A stretch of 51,490 nt of DNA from Pyrinomonadaceae bacterium (GTDB taxonomy: Bacteria; Acidobacteriota; Blastocatellia; Pyrinomonadales; Pyrinomonadaceae): the NCBI GenBank assembly GCA_045807845.1, contig JBJMGQ010000085.1, positions 1 through 51,490 of the forward strand. The letters are read 5' to 3'. A model generated the notes under the pieces. The model was not told the DNA's origin. It saw only the letters and a list, made by a program, of their open reading frames with translations, and did not search any database. Shown one piece after another: positions 8,541 through 17,221 of this stretch (the stretch's first letter is position 1; every line of letters begins with the position of its first letter). The position numbers were made by a program, and so were the translations under genes.

Positions 8541-9362
8541 ATGGAAGACAGGATAGAGTCCATGTCGGCGTTCGAGCGTGTGAAGCTGGCGCGCCACCTC
8601 GAACGCCCCTACACGCTCGACTTCGTCGAGCGCCTCTTCGAGGAGTTCGTCGAGGTCAAAGGCGACCGGCGCTACGCCGAAGACCCGGCCATCGTCTGCG
8701 GCTTCGCGCGTTACCGAGGCGTCTCGGTCGCCGTCGTCGGCCAGCAGAAGGGGCGCGACGCCAAGCAGCGCCGCTTCCGCAACTTCGGGATGACCAAGCC
8801 CGAGGGCTACCGCAAGGCCCTGCGGCTGATGCAGCTCGCAGACAAGTTCGGCCGCCCCATCATCACCTTCATCGACACGCAGGGCGCCTACCCCGGCATC
8901 GACGCGGAGGAGCGCGGGCAGGCCGAGGCCATCGCGCGCAACCTCTTCGAGATGTCGCGCCTGCGCGTCCCCGTCGTCGGCGTCGTCATCGGCGAGGGCG
9001 GCTCGGGCGGCGCGCTCGCCATCGGCGTCGCCGACCAAGTCTTGATGCTTGAGAACGCCGTCTACTCCGTCATCACCCCCGAAGGCTGCGCCGCGATTCT
9101 GTTTAAGGACAGCGCGCAGGCGCCTCGCGCCGCGGAGTTTCTGCGCCTGACCGCGCCCGAGCTGTACCGCGCAGGCATCGTTGACCTAGTCGTCCCGGAG
9201 CCCGCGGGCGGCGCGCAGAACGACCACGACGAGACGGCCCGCCTGCTCGACACGGCGCTGTGGGAGAGCCTGCGGCAGACCTCCGCGCTCCCCGAGGCCG
9301 AGCGTCTCGCGCGCCGCTACAAGAAGCTCCGCGCGCTGGGCCGTTGGGAGACGTTGAAGTGA
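8541..9362 (+). CDS. accA: acetyl-CoA carboxylase carboxyltransferase subunit alpha
   Basis: 273 aa with FIDTQGAYPGIDAEERGQAEAIARNL and GEGGSGGALAIG. Somewhat shorter at the N-terminus than typical AccA. Confidence 0.88.
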   Translation: MEDRIESMSAFERVKLARHLERPYTLDFVERLFEEFVEVKGDRRYAEDPAIVCGFARYRGVSVAVVGQQKGRDAKQRRFRNFGMTKPEGYRKALRLMQLADKFGRPIITFIDTQGAYPGIDAEERGQAEAIARNLFEMSRLRVPVVGVVIGEGGSGGALAIGVADQVLMLENAVYSVITPEGCAAILFKDSAQAPRAAEFLRLTAPELYRAGIVDLVVPEPAGGAQNDHDETARLLDTALWESLRQTSALPEAERLARRYKKLRALGRWETLK

Positions 9363-9364
9363 AC

Positions 9365-9439
9365 GCAGAAGTAGGAACGCTGAACGATGAACTGTAAGCC
9401 TGTTATCTTCACTTCATCGTTCAGCGTTCCTACTTCCGC
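9365..9439. repeat. family A heptad-hairpin element, copy A3
   Basis: GCAGAAGTAGGAACGCTGAACGATGAA (9365-9391) pairs with TTCATCGTTCAGCGTTCCTACTTCCGC (9413-9439), 26/27. Starts 3 nt after the accA stop. Confidence 0.9.
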
Positions 9440-9515
9440 CTTCCGGCGCGGCTGTTTCCCATTTGCGAAGAATTAAGGGATAATTGAGGAAAATTTTAAA
9501 AGGAATGATAAAGAA

Positions 9516-10094
9516 GTGACTGTAGCAGAGGTAGATAGACCGCAGGAGTCCGATTTCGAGCTGGCGAAGAAGGCCGCGGGCGGCGATGGGAAAGCGTTTG
9601 AGGAGTTGTACCGCCGGCACTACCGGCGCGTCTACGCGCTCACCCTGCGCATGATGGGTAATCCGACCGAGGCCGAGGACATGACGCAGGATGTTTTCCT
9701 GCAACTCTACAACAAGATAGGGATGTTCCGCGGCGAGTCGGCCTTCACCACCTGGCTCCACCGCATGACGGTTAATCAAGTGCTGATGCACTTTCGCAAG
9801 AAGAGCACGCGCTCGGAACTCCTCACCGACGAGGGCGAGACTCCGATCCAGATCGTCAAGGGAACTGAGAACCCGGGCACGATGCCCGTCATCGACCGCA
9901 TCTCGCTGGAGAAGGCGCTCCAGCAACTCCCGCCCGGCTACCGCACCGTCTTCGTCCTCCACGATGTCGAAGGCTACGAGCACTACGAGATTTCCGGAAT
10001 GCTCGGCATCGCCGAGGGCACCTCGAAATCGCAATTACACAAGGCGAGGCTCAAGCTGAGGCAATTAATCCGGGAGCAAGCGGCATCTAAATAA
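9516..10094 (+). CDS. ECF-type RNA polymerase sigma factor (sigma-24 family)
   Basis: 192 aa with region 2 ([35 protein letters not shown]) and region 4 ([26 protein letters not shown]). GTG start. Confidence 0.9.
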   Translation: MTVAEVDRPQESDFELAKKAAGGDGKAFEELYRRHYRRVYALTLRMMGNPTEAEDMTQDVFLQLYNKIGMFRGESAFTTWLHRMTVNQVLMHFRKKSTRSELLTDEGETPIQIVKGTENPGTMPVIDRISLEKALQQLPPGYRTVFVLHDVEGYEHYEISGMLGIAEGTSKSQLHKARLKLRQLIREQAASK

Positions 10095-10152
10095 TCTTCC
10101 GGGGCCCACCCGGGAGGCCGAAGTCTAGTCCACCCCAAAGGAACGGCCTGAA

Positions 10153-10389
10153 ATGGATTGCGCCAGAAGTATCGAACTGCTCAGTGAATTCGACGCCGGA
10201 TTGCTCGGCGATGACGACAAGCTCCTGGTGATTACTCACCTGAGCACCTGCCTCGACTGCGACGGCGTCTTCAGGGACTTGAAGCTCATCGTCCAGACCG
10301 CCCTCTCTATGCGCACAGAGAATGGCATCGCCTACCCGGATGAGGAAGCACTCTGGCAGCGCCTGAGCGCCAACCGCATCGTTCACTAA
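10153..10389 (+). CDS. short soluble anti-sigma factor (zf-HC2 type)
   Basis: 78 aa, directly downstream of the ECF sigma gene. H-x3-C-x2-C motif in THLSTCLDC. No TM segment. Confidence 0.7.
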   Translation: MDCARSIELLSEFDAGLLGDDDKLLVITHLSTCLDCDGVFRDLKLIVQTALSMRTENGIAYPDEEALWQRLSANRIVH

Positions 10390-10429
10390 AGGCCGACCGC
10401 TCCGACTCCGCCGCGGGCGCCGAGGGACT

Positions 10430-10882
10430 TCAACCCCCGGCGCTCGCCGCGAGCATTTCCCGTGCTTCGACCAAAGCCTTTCGCTCACCCTTAAAAGCCA
10501 ACATCTCTTCGGCCGCTTCGATTTCAACCCAGCGCGCCTCGTTTACCTCGTCGTCGTGCTCCGACACGTCGCCCGAGACGAAGCGCATCAGGTAGAAGTG
10601 CACGAACTTGTGGAAGCGCACGCGCCGCGCGCCGCCCTTCGAGAAGTACCAGTACTCGACCCGCTCAAGCTCCGCGACGACTTCGCACCGAAGCCCGGTC
10701 TCCTCCTCGACCTCGCGCAGCGCGGCCTCCAACGGCGTCTCGCCGCGCCCGACCAGACCTTTCGGCAACTGCCAGCGCGCGGCCTCGCCGACCGAGATTA
10801 ACGCCACCTCCATCACCTCGCCGCTTCGACGGTAGACGACGCCGCCCGCGGAGACCTGCTCCTTCGTCTCGAAAGTGCTCAT
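10430..10882 (-). CDS. NUDIX hydrolase
   Basis: Nudix box GLVGRGETPLEAALREVEEETGL (G-x5-E-x7-REUxEExGU). Confidence 0.85.
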   Translation of the reverse strand: MSTFETKEQVSAGGVVYRRSGEVMEVALISVGEAARWQLPKGLVGRGETPLEAALREVEEETGLRCEVVAELERVEYWYFSKGGARRVRFHKFVHFYLMRFVSGDVSEHDDEVNEARWVEIEAAEEMLAFKGERKALVEAREMLAASAGG

Positions 10883-10997
10883 GGTTGCGATAGAGCTTAA
10901 GGTAAAAACACGAAGGCGCGAAGTGTTCGGGAAGCAAAGTTCCCGGACTCCTTCGCGCCCGCGTGGCTTGAGGGGTGAGGATAAAGGTCTAAAAGCG

Positions 10998-11189
10998 TCA
11001 GGCCGCCTTGCGGCGCGGTGCGCGCAAGGCGGCGGGCTTCAGTCCCAGACGCTCGCGCAGGCCGGCGCAAGCGTCCAGCTCGGCCGCCGGGATGCATCGG
11101 ACGCAGACCAACTTGCCATCCGAGTTGCGCATGTGCAGCGTCTCGGACGCCGTGCGGCAGGCTTCACACTTGAAACTCTTGCTGCTCAT
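10998..11189 (-). CDS. small zinc-ribbon-like protein
   Basis: 63-aa ORF with CxxC (CEAC) and CxxC (CVRC) pairs and a basic tail. Co-oriented 25 nt downstream of the SWIM gene. Confidence 0.4.
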   Translation of the reverse strand: MSSKSFKCEACRTASETLHMRNSDGKLVCVRCIPAAELDACAGLRERLGLKPAALRAPRRKAA

Positions 11190-11213
11190 CTTCTCTTCAA
11201 CTCCGAAAATTTT

Positions 11214-11552
11214 TTAAGCGACGCGCGACATCTGGCGCCGCGGGTCGTACTCGAACTTAAGATACTGCCGCGCGATGAACTTCAACACGGCGGCGACGTG
11301 TTTGCACTCGTAACCGGGCTCGGCGTTGCCGCGGAAGATGAAGTCGGCGCAGGTGCAGGCCAGCGCGCGCGTGTCCGGGTCGCGGAAGAGGTGGTAGCCG
11401 CGCTCGACGCCCGACTCCGACTGCGCGATCCAGCCGTAGGGCTCGGCCTCGAAGACCTTCACCCGCGCCGCCCGCGCCGAACGCTGCTCGGCCGGCGTGA
11501 ACTGCTCGACCTTCCCGCCCCGCTTTTTCTCCGTCGTTTTCATGAAAACCAT
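11214..11552 (-). CDS. SWIM zinc-finger protein (stand-alone)
   Basis: CxC-x(n)-CxH signature in ACTCADFIFRGNAEPGYECKHV. The ORF was trimmed from 11822 to the ATG at 11552 (MVFMKTTEKK). The ATG at 11543 is also possible. Confidence 0.65.
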   Translation of the reverse strand: MVFMKTTEKKRGGKVEQFTPAEQRSARAARVKVFEAEPYGWIAQSESGVERGYHLFRDPDTRALACTCADFIFRGNAEPGYECKHVAAVLKFIARQYLKFEYDPRRQMSRVA

Positions 11553-11675
11553 TCTACCATAAAATCCGCGAGAGTGAAACGCTGTTTCGCGTATGAAACA
11601 AACTAATTTTAGAGGTCGAGAGCTGAACCGTCCCGCTTGACCATTGTCGGAAGGGTTCTCTAGGATGAGTGGAAT

Positions 11676-12635
11676 ATGAGTAATGAGCCGAGTGGAGCTG
11701 GGGTGGCCGAGCCGCCCGTGGAGGCAGAGGGCGGGCGCGTGCGCGCGCGCGCGACGGGGCGTGACGGCGGCGACGGCGCGGGCGCGCGTGCGGAGGTGCA
11801 GAGGACGCCGGGGCCGCCGCACAGCGTTCTACGTGAGTACTTCGAGTCGCTGGTGGTGACGGCCGTGATGGCCCTCTTCGGCATGACGTTCGTCGTGCAG
11901 GCGGTGAAGGTGCCTACGGGGTCGATGCAGAACACCATCAACATCGGCGACCACCTGCTCGTCAACAAGTTCATCTTCGCGCCGGGGCCGCCGCTGCCGT
12001 TCCTGCCGCAGCGCGAGATACGACGCGGCGACATCATCGTCTTCAAGTACCCGGGCAAGTATCAGGGCGAGGCGCGATTCCGTGACAGCACCCAAGTGAA
12101 CGACGAACGTTCCGACAACATTCCTTACAAGACGAACTACGTCAAGCGCGTCATCGGCCTACCGGGCGACGTGGTCGAAGTGCGTGACTCGAAGGTCTTC
12201 ATCAACGGGCAGCCGCTCGACGAGCACATCATCACGGCGGAGAACCCGCCCGACGACGACGAGAACACGCCGGAGAACGAGGGCGGCGCCCCCCTTGCCA
12301 TTAAGAACGTCCCCACGCCCCCGGCCGACAAGGAGTACGAGGTCTACCTTGACCCCGAGCGGCACCGGCGCCAACTGGACGGGACGTTCAGCGGCGACGG
12401 CAAGTTCATCGTTCCGGAGAATCACTACTTCGCGATGGGCGACAACCGCGACAACAGCCTCGACAGTCGCTTCTGGGGCTACGTCCCGCGCAACGCCATC
12501 ATCGGCCGCGCAATGTTCGTCTACTGGTCTTTCGACGAGAGCGCCCCGCGCAGCGACGCTCCCACGCCCGTCAACTACCTCATCGACTTCTTCCACAACA
12601 CGCGCTGGAGCCGGACGGGCACCTTCGTCAAATAG
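11676..12635 (+). CDS. lepB: signal peptidase I
   Basis: Motifs GSMQNT (catalytic Ser), YVKRVIGLPGD (catalytic Lys box) and GDNRDNSLDSRFWG. Has a long Ala/Gly/Arg-rich N-terminal extension. Confidence 0.9.
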   Translation: MSNEPSGAGVAEPPVEAEGGRVRARATGRDGGDGAGARAEVQRTPGPPHSVLREYFESLVVTAVMALFGMTFVVQAVKVPTGSMQNTINIGDHLLVNKFIFAPGPPLPFLPQREIRRGDIIVFKYPGKYQGEARFRDSTQVNDERSDNIPYKTNYVKRVIGLPGDVVEVRDSKVFINGQPLDEHIITAENPPDDDENTPENEGGAPLAIKNVPTPPADKEYEVYLDPERHRRQLDGTFSGDGKFIVPENHYFAMGDNRDNSLDSRFWGYVPRNAIIGRAMFVYWSFDESAPRSDAPTPVNYLIDFFHNTRWSRTGTFVK

Positions 12636-12646
12636 ATTTCCCGCCG

Positions 12647-12710
12647 TCTAAAAACCGGCGACCGTTGACAGGCAGGCATGTTCGCCTCTCAACGGTCGCC
12701 GGTTTTTAGA
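12647..12710. terminator. bidirectional terminator hairpin between convergent lepB and the secreted-protein gene
   Basis: 22-bp perfect stem TCTAAAAACCGGCGACCGTTGA / TCAACGGTCGCCGGTTTTTAGA. The stem ends are A/T runs, so each strand reads a U-tract. Confidence 0.8.
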
Positions 12711-12730
12711 CCACTGGTAAAGTGTGCCTG

Positions 12731-13381
12731 CTACGGTGAGACGCGGATGTCGCCCGCGCCGTTGTCGGCATCGACGAAGCCGTAGGCGGCGAGGGGGTAG
12801 GTCTGCGCGTTCATGCTCTCGTCGCGCGGCATCTGGTAGCCCACGTCGCCGCGCTGCTCGTAGTCGGTCGCCCACCACCTCAGGCCGACGCCCGGGTCTT
12901 CCTTCCACTCGGCGTCCGAGGGCACCCAGTCCCTCTTAATCTGCTTGTAGATGCCCCACGTCAGCCCGTCGGGCACCTTCGTATTGTCGCCGTTGTCTAT
13001 GACCGTGAGCAGCACGCGCTGCCCGACGAAGTCAGGGTTGCTGGAGGTACGGATGATGCCGCTCAGGACGGCCTTGTTTTCGGTGACGACCAGACCGTCC
13101 ACGTCGGCCTTGAGGTTATAGCCCGCGAACCTGCCACCCTTATCGCCGGTGCCGTCCACGTCCTGAATGGTGATGACGGCCTCGTCGGTGAAGTAGATGG
13201 AGCCGGTCGCGGTGCCGTCCGGCTGCGTGCTCGCGTCGAACTCGACGTACTTCAGATACTTGTCGCCCGTCAGCGTGAACTGGTAGCTGCCGGCGGCGGC
13301 CGAGGCCGCACGAGTGGTCTGCGCCGCCGCGAAGATAAACAGGAGCAGCGCCAACAGCGAGGTGATGCGTAAAGTCCTCAT
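12731..13381 (-). CDS. secreted hypothetical protein
   Basis: 216 aa with a clear signal peptide (LLALLLFIFAAAQTTRAAS) and AAGGAG upstream. No family recognised. Confidence 0.65.
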   Translation of the reverse strand: MRTLRITSLLALLLFIFAAAQTTRAASAAAGSYQFTLTGDKYLKYVEFDASTQPDGTATGSIYFTDEAVITIQDVDGTGDKGGRFAGYNLKADVDGLVVTENKAVLSGIIRTSSNPDFVGQRVLLTVIDNGDNTKVPDGLTWGIYKQIKRDWVPSDAEWKEDPGVGLRWWATDYEQRGDVGYQMPRDESMNAQTYPLAAYGFVDADNGAGDIRVSP

Positions 13382-13947
13382 CGAAAAAACTCCTTCTTAG
13401 TCAAACAAGAAATTTCGAGGGGGAAGGCCGCCCGGGCCTCCCTTCTTCTTAAGTGCCGTCCTCGACCCCGTCGTGCACTCTACAGAGTACGTACGCCGCA
13501 GTCCCGAGGGTTTAGTAAAGCTTTGGTAAGGGGGTTTGCGAAAGGGGCGTAGGGCGTAAGCGACGCGCCCCGGCCGGGAAGGTTGTCCGGCCGCGCAGTC
13601 TTGGGCCGCGGGCGACGACGCAAAGGGAACAAAGCTCACGGAAAAGCTCCTTCTTCAATCAATAGAAGGTGCGGAGAGGCTGGGGAAAGCGCCGCGTACT
13701 TTACCCTTAAATCCCTTCGGCGTCCAGTCTTCCTGTGCGACCGCCCCTGACGCTCGCGCAAGATACTCCACGCGGCCGGGGAAATCTTTAGGGTTTCCTG
13801 AATTTCTCCTGAAAGAGTTCTGAAGGCGCGCATGCACCGCGTTTCGACGTGTGCGCTCGTAGACAACTCTTGATGAAATCGTGACGCTTTCGTCTTCGGG
13901 CGCGGTAACACTACGTCAAAACTTTCGGGAGCAGAGGAGCGCAACGC

Positions 13948-15096
13948 ATGTTCAAGTCAATGAGCCTCGCCGGCCTGAGCTGGAAGGAGTTGGGGAAGCG
14001 CGTCTACGGGGAGGTCATGGACGACGACGTGCTGGGTCGCTCGGCGCAGCTCTCCTACTACTTTCTGCTCGCGCTCTTCCCGGCGATGCTCTTCATCACG
14101 TCGCTGCTCGGTTATCTGGCGGGCGAGGACAGCCAGCTTCGGCAGGGGCTCTTCAGCTCGCTCGCCGCGGTGCTGCCGGGCGACGCCTCGCAGCTCGTCT
14201 CGAAGACCGTGACGGACGTGACGCAGTCGAGCGGCGGCGGCAAGCTCTCGTTCGGTATCTTAGCGACCTTCTGGGCGGCGTCGAACGGGATGGGCGCCAT
14301 CAGCGATTCGCTGAACGCGGCCTATGATTTGAAAGAGACGCGGCCGTGGTGGAAGGTGCGTCTGACGGCCGTGGGGTTGACGCTGTCGCTGACGCTGCTC
14401 ATCGTGACGGCGCTGGTGCTCGTGCTCTACGGGCACGACATCGCGGATGCCGTCTCCATCAAGCTCGGGCTGGGCGCGGCGTTCGCTACGGGGTGGAAGA
14501 TTTTGCAGTGGCCGCTCGTGCTCATCTTCGTGCTGGTGGCCTTCGCGCTCATCTACTACTTCGCGCCCGACTCGCACCAACAGGACTGGAAGTGGATCAC
14601 GCCGGGTGCGATCATCGGCGTTGTGCTCTGGCTGCTCATCTCGTTCGCCTTCAAGGCGTACCTCAGCTTCTTCAACTCCTACAGCGCGACCTACGGCTCT
14701 CTGGGCGCGGTCATCATCCTCATGCTCTGGTTCTACTTCACGGGCATCGCCATCCTCGTTGGCGGCGAGATCAATTCCGAGATAGAGAACGAGATGGCCC
14801 GGCAGGGCGCGCCCGACGCGAAGGAGAAGGGCGAGAAGACCCCCGACCAGAAGGAGCGGGGCGGCGCCGCGCGTGTGACGGAAGGGCGCCGCGGCGAGGC
14901 CAAAGCGGTTGAGGGGAAACGAGCCGCGTCTGCCTCAACGTCATCCGAAGAGCGCCCGCGCGTCCGCGCCGCGCACGGCCGCGTCACGCGCGTCAACGAT
15001 GACGAAGGGTTCAGTCTCGGCAAGGTCGCGGTCGTCGCCACCGCTTGGGCGCTAGCTAAGGTCGGCATCCGCACAACCGACAAGACAAACCGATAG
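13948..15096 (+). CDS. YihY/BrkB family inner membrane protein with a basic/acidic C-terminal tail
   Basis: N-terminal LSYYFLLALFPAMLFI plus a multi-TM core typical of the YihY family. About 100-aa charged C-terminal extension. Confidence 0.85.
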   Translation: MFKSMSLAGLSWKELGKRVYGEVMDDDVLGRSAQLSYYFLLALFPAMLFITSLLGYLAGEDSQLRQGLFSSLAAVLPGDASQLVSKTVTDVTQSSGGGKLSFGILATFWAASNGMGAISDSLNAAYDLKETRPWWKVRLTAVGLTLSLTLLIVTALVLVLYGHDIADAVSIKLGLGAAFATGWKILQWPLVLIFVLVAFALIYYFAPDSHQQDWKWITPGAIIGVVLWLLISFAFKAYLSFFNSYSATYGSLGAVIILMLWFYFTGIAILVGGEINSEIENEMARQGAPDAKEKGEKTPDQKERGGAARVTEGRRGEAKAVEGKRAASASTSSEERPRVRAAHGRVTRVNDDEGFSLGKVAVVATAWALAKVGIRTTDKTNR

Positions 15097-15110
15097 GTCG
15101 TGCTCAATGC

Positions 15111-15164
15111 GAATGAGGGCGGACGAGAGTCAGTGTGACTCTCGTCCGCCCTCATTCTGTTTTC
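15111..15164. terminator. bidirectional terminator hairpin between convergent yihY-like and M20 peptidase genes
   Basis: 22-bp perfect stem GAATGAGGGCGGACGAGAGTCA / TGACTCTCGTCCGCCCTCATTC, followed by TGTTTTC. Confidence 0.8.
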
Positions 15165-15171
15165 GATATTC

Positions 15172-16461
15172 CTAAACTCCTGCCGTCGCGGCGAGGAGGA
15201 GGATGACCTTCTGGATGCCTTTGTAGAGCGGGTCGATCTCGCAGTACTCGGTGAGCGCGTGCGAGTTGCTGCAAGGGCCGGCTCCGGTCGAGATGGCGGG
15301 GATGCCCGCGAGCAGCGCGACGTTGCCGTTGTTCGAGCCCGAGAGTGTAATCGACGGCTTGAAACCCATCGCGTAGTGCACGGCCTCGGTCGTCTTCACC
15401 AGCAGCGAATCGCGGTGGCCCGGTATCTGCGCCGCGGGCGTCGAAGAGAGCAGCTCCGTCCGCACCGTCATGCGCTCGCGCTCGGCCTCCTCCTTAACGA
15501 TGGCGGCAATCTTCTTCTCAAGGTCACCGATGACCTCGTTGCTCGTCGAGCGCAGGTCAACGGTGAACCAAGCGTCGGCGGCCTTGGCGTTGACCACGTC
15601 CGAGCCGCCGAGCATGCCGATGTTGAGGTTGGAGGAGACGCCCTGCGGAAGTTGTAACTGGTAGATGCGCTCGATGGCGCGCGCCGCAGGCAGCGTGGCC
15701 GAGTAGGGCGGCGTCGAGGAGCGCGTGTGGCCGCCCGGGCCGATGAAGTGGTGCTTGTACCAGTTGATGCCGATGCCGCCGTAGGTGAAGCTGTCGTAGC
15801 CGCCGTCGAGCGCGATGTACTGGTCGATGCGACCCTTGTTCGCCTTGACGAACTCCTCGACGCCGCGAAAGCTCGTCTCCTCCTCGACGGTGAAGAGAAA
15901 GATGATGTCGCCCTTCGTCTTCACATTCGCCGCGTCGAGCGCGCGCACGGCGGCGAGCAGCGCCTCGACGTTGCGCGTGTCGTCGCCGACCCCGGGCGCG
16001 TAGATTTTCCCGTCGCGCACCTCTGCCTTAATCTGCAAACCCTCTTGGAAGACCGTGTCCATGTGCGCGTCGATGACGACTGTGGGGCCGCCGCCCGAAC
16101 CTTTGCGCGTGGCGACGATGTTGCCCGCCGAGTCGCGGCTCACCTGAAGCGACTTGTAGCCGTGCAGCAGTTTCTCGATGAAGGCGGCGCGCTCGGCCTC
16201 CTTGCCGGAGGGCGCGTTGATCTCCGTGATGGCAATCCACTCTTTGAGGATGGCTTCACGGTTGCGCTCGACGTGTGCGAAGGCCGCGCGCACGTCGGGG
16301 CGCGCGAGCAGGCCACGGACGCGGTCGTCGTAGGGCTGACCCGCGCCGTTCTGCAACGTCCGCGCCGGGGCGCCACCGGTCTGCGCCGGAGAGGCCGCGA
16401 CGCAGCAGACGAGCAGGCAGAGCGCGAGCAGGGAAGCGTTGAGTGAGTTTTTCGTCCTCAT
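15172..16461 (-). CDS. M20 family metallopeptidase, secreted
   Basis: Signal peptide, then IDAHMDTVF, GVGDDTRNV and FTVEEETS motifs of the M20 (ArgE/DapE/CPG2-like) family. Confidence 0.85.
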   Translation of the reverse strand: MRTKNSLNASLLALCLLVCCVAASPAQTGGAPARTLQNGAGQPYDDRVRGLLARPDVRAAFAHVERNREAILKEWIAITEINAPSGKEAERAAFIEKLLHGYKSLQVSRDSAGNIVATRKGSGGGPTVVIDAHMDTVFQEGLQIKAEVRDGKIYAPGVGDDTRNVEALLAAVRALDAANVKTKGDIIFLFTVEEETSFRGVEEFVKANKGRIDQYIALDGGYDSFTYGGIGINWYKHHFIGPGGHTRSSTPPYSATLPAARAIERIYQLQLPQGVSSNLNIGMLGGSDVVNAKAADAWFTVDLRSTSNEVIGDLEKKIAAIVKEEAERERMTVRTELLSSTPAAQIPGHRDSLLVKTTEAVHYAMGFKPSITLSGSNNGNVALLAGIPAISTGAGPCSNSHALTEYCEIDPLYKGIQKVILLLAATAGV

Positions 16462-16919
16462 AAATTTTGGTCGCGTCGGAGCTGCTTGATCTTGGGGGCG
16501 AGCATGTGGAAGGGGACGTGCTCGGCCTGACGGCCTGTGCGGCGGAGCAGCTCGACCATGCGGAGCGCGCCGTCGGCGTTGCGCGTGTGGACGATGATGG
16601 TCGCGACGGCGAGCCGCGCCGGAGTCTCTGCGAGCCAGCGCGCGACGGCGTAGCCGCTCCGCTCGTCGTCGAACTCCTCTGCGTAGTAGTGCTCAGGCAG
16701 CAGGTCGTGGTCGAGAAAGATAACGTCGTAGTGGTTGGCCGAGAGCAGCTCGATGGCGCGCGCCGCCGTCTCGGCCACGTCGAGCCGCTCCCCCTTGAAC
16801 TGTTTGGCAAACCACTCGTGACGCAGTATATCGTCGTCGAGGAGAAAGACGCGTAAGGGGGGGCGGCCGTGCGACGCGCCCAGCCCAATCTTGTTCAAAA
16901 GCCCTTGCAGAATACTCAT
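16458..16919 (-). CDS. receiver (REC)-fold-like small protein, non-canonical
   Basis: RVFLLDDD and DVIFLDHDL resemble the acidic pocket of receiver domains, but the conserved Lys context is absent. Its stop overlaps the M20 start (ATGA). Start trimmed to the ATG at 16919. Confidence 0.5.
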   Translation of the reverse strand: MSILQGLLNKIGLGASHGRPPLRVFLLDDDILRHEWFAKQFKGERLDVAETAARAIELLSANHYDVIFLDHDLLPEHYYAEEFDDERSGYAVARWLAETPARLAVATIIVHTRNADGALRMVELLRRTGRQAEHVPFHMLAPKIKQLRRDQNL

Positions 16920-17013
16920 ACCCGAACGCAAATATATCACAGGCCCCGCGCCGGGACTTGAACGCGGGGGCTGAGTCGTGGCATGTTGTACACCGCCCGA
17001 CATTGAGCGACTG

Positions 17014-17193
17014 ATGGCAAAATGTCCCTACTGCGCCAGACCCCTTCGGATGGGGGGCCTCAAGTGTCACGCCTGTCGCCGCTTCGTGCTGCGGCGCGCG
17101 CATATCCTCTTTCTCATCGTCATCGCTTTCGTCGCCGTCGTCGGCCTGCTCGAACTCGCCGAGCGCCTGACGCCCCCCCCTTTATCAAAATAG
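17014..17193 (+). CDS. possible small zinc-ribbon plus TM protein
   Basis: MAKCPYCARPLRMGGLKCHACRRF followed by the hydrophobic helix ILFLIVIAFVAVVGLL. Short and weakly supported. Confidence 0.3.
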   Translation: MAKCPYCARPLRMGGLKCHACRRFVLRRAHILFLIVIAFVAVVGLLELAERLTPPPLSK

Positions 17194-17221
17194 TCAACGT
17201 GGATGGAAAGGCTTCCCGACG

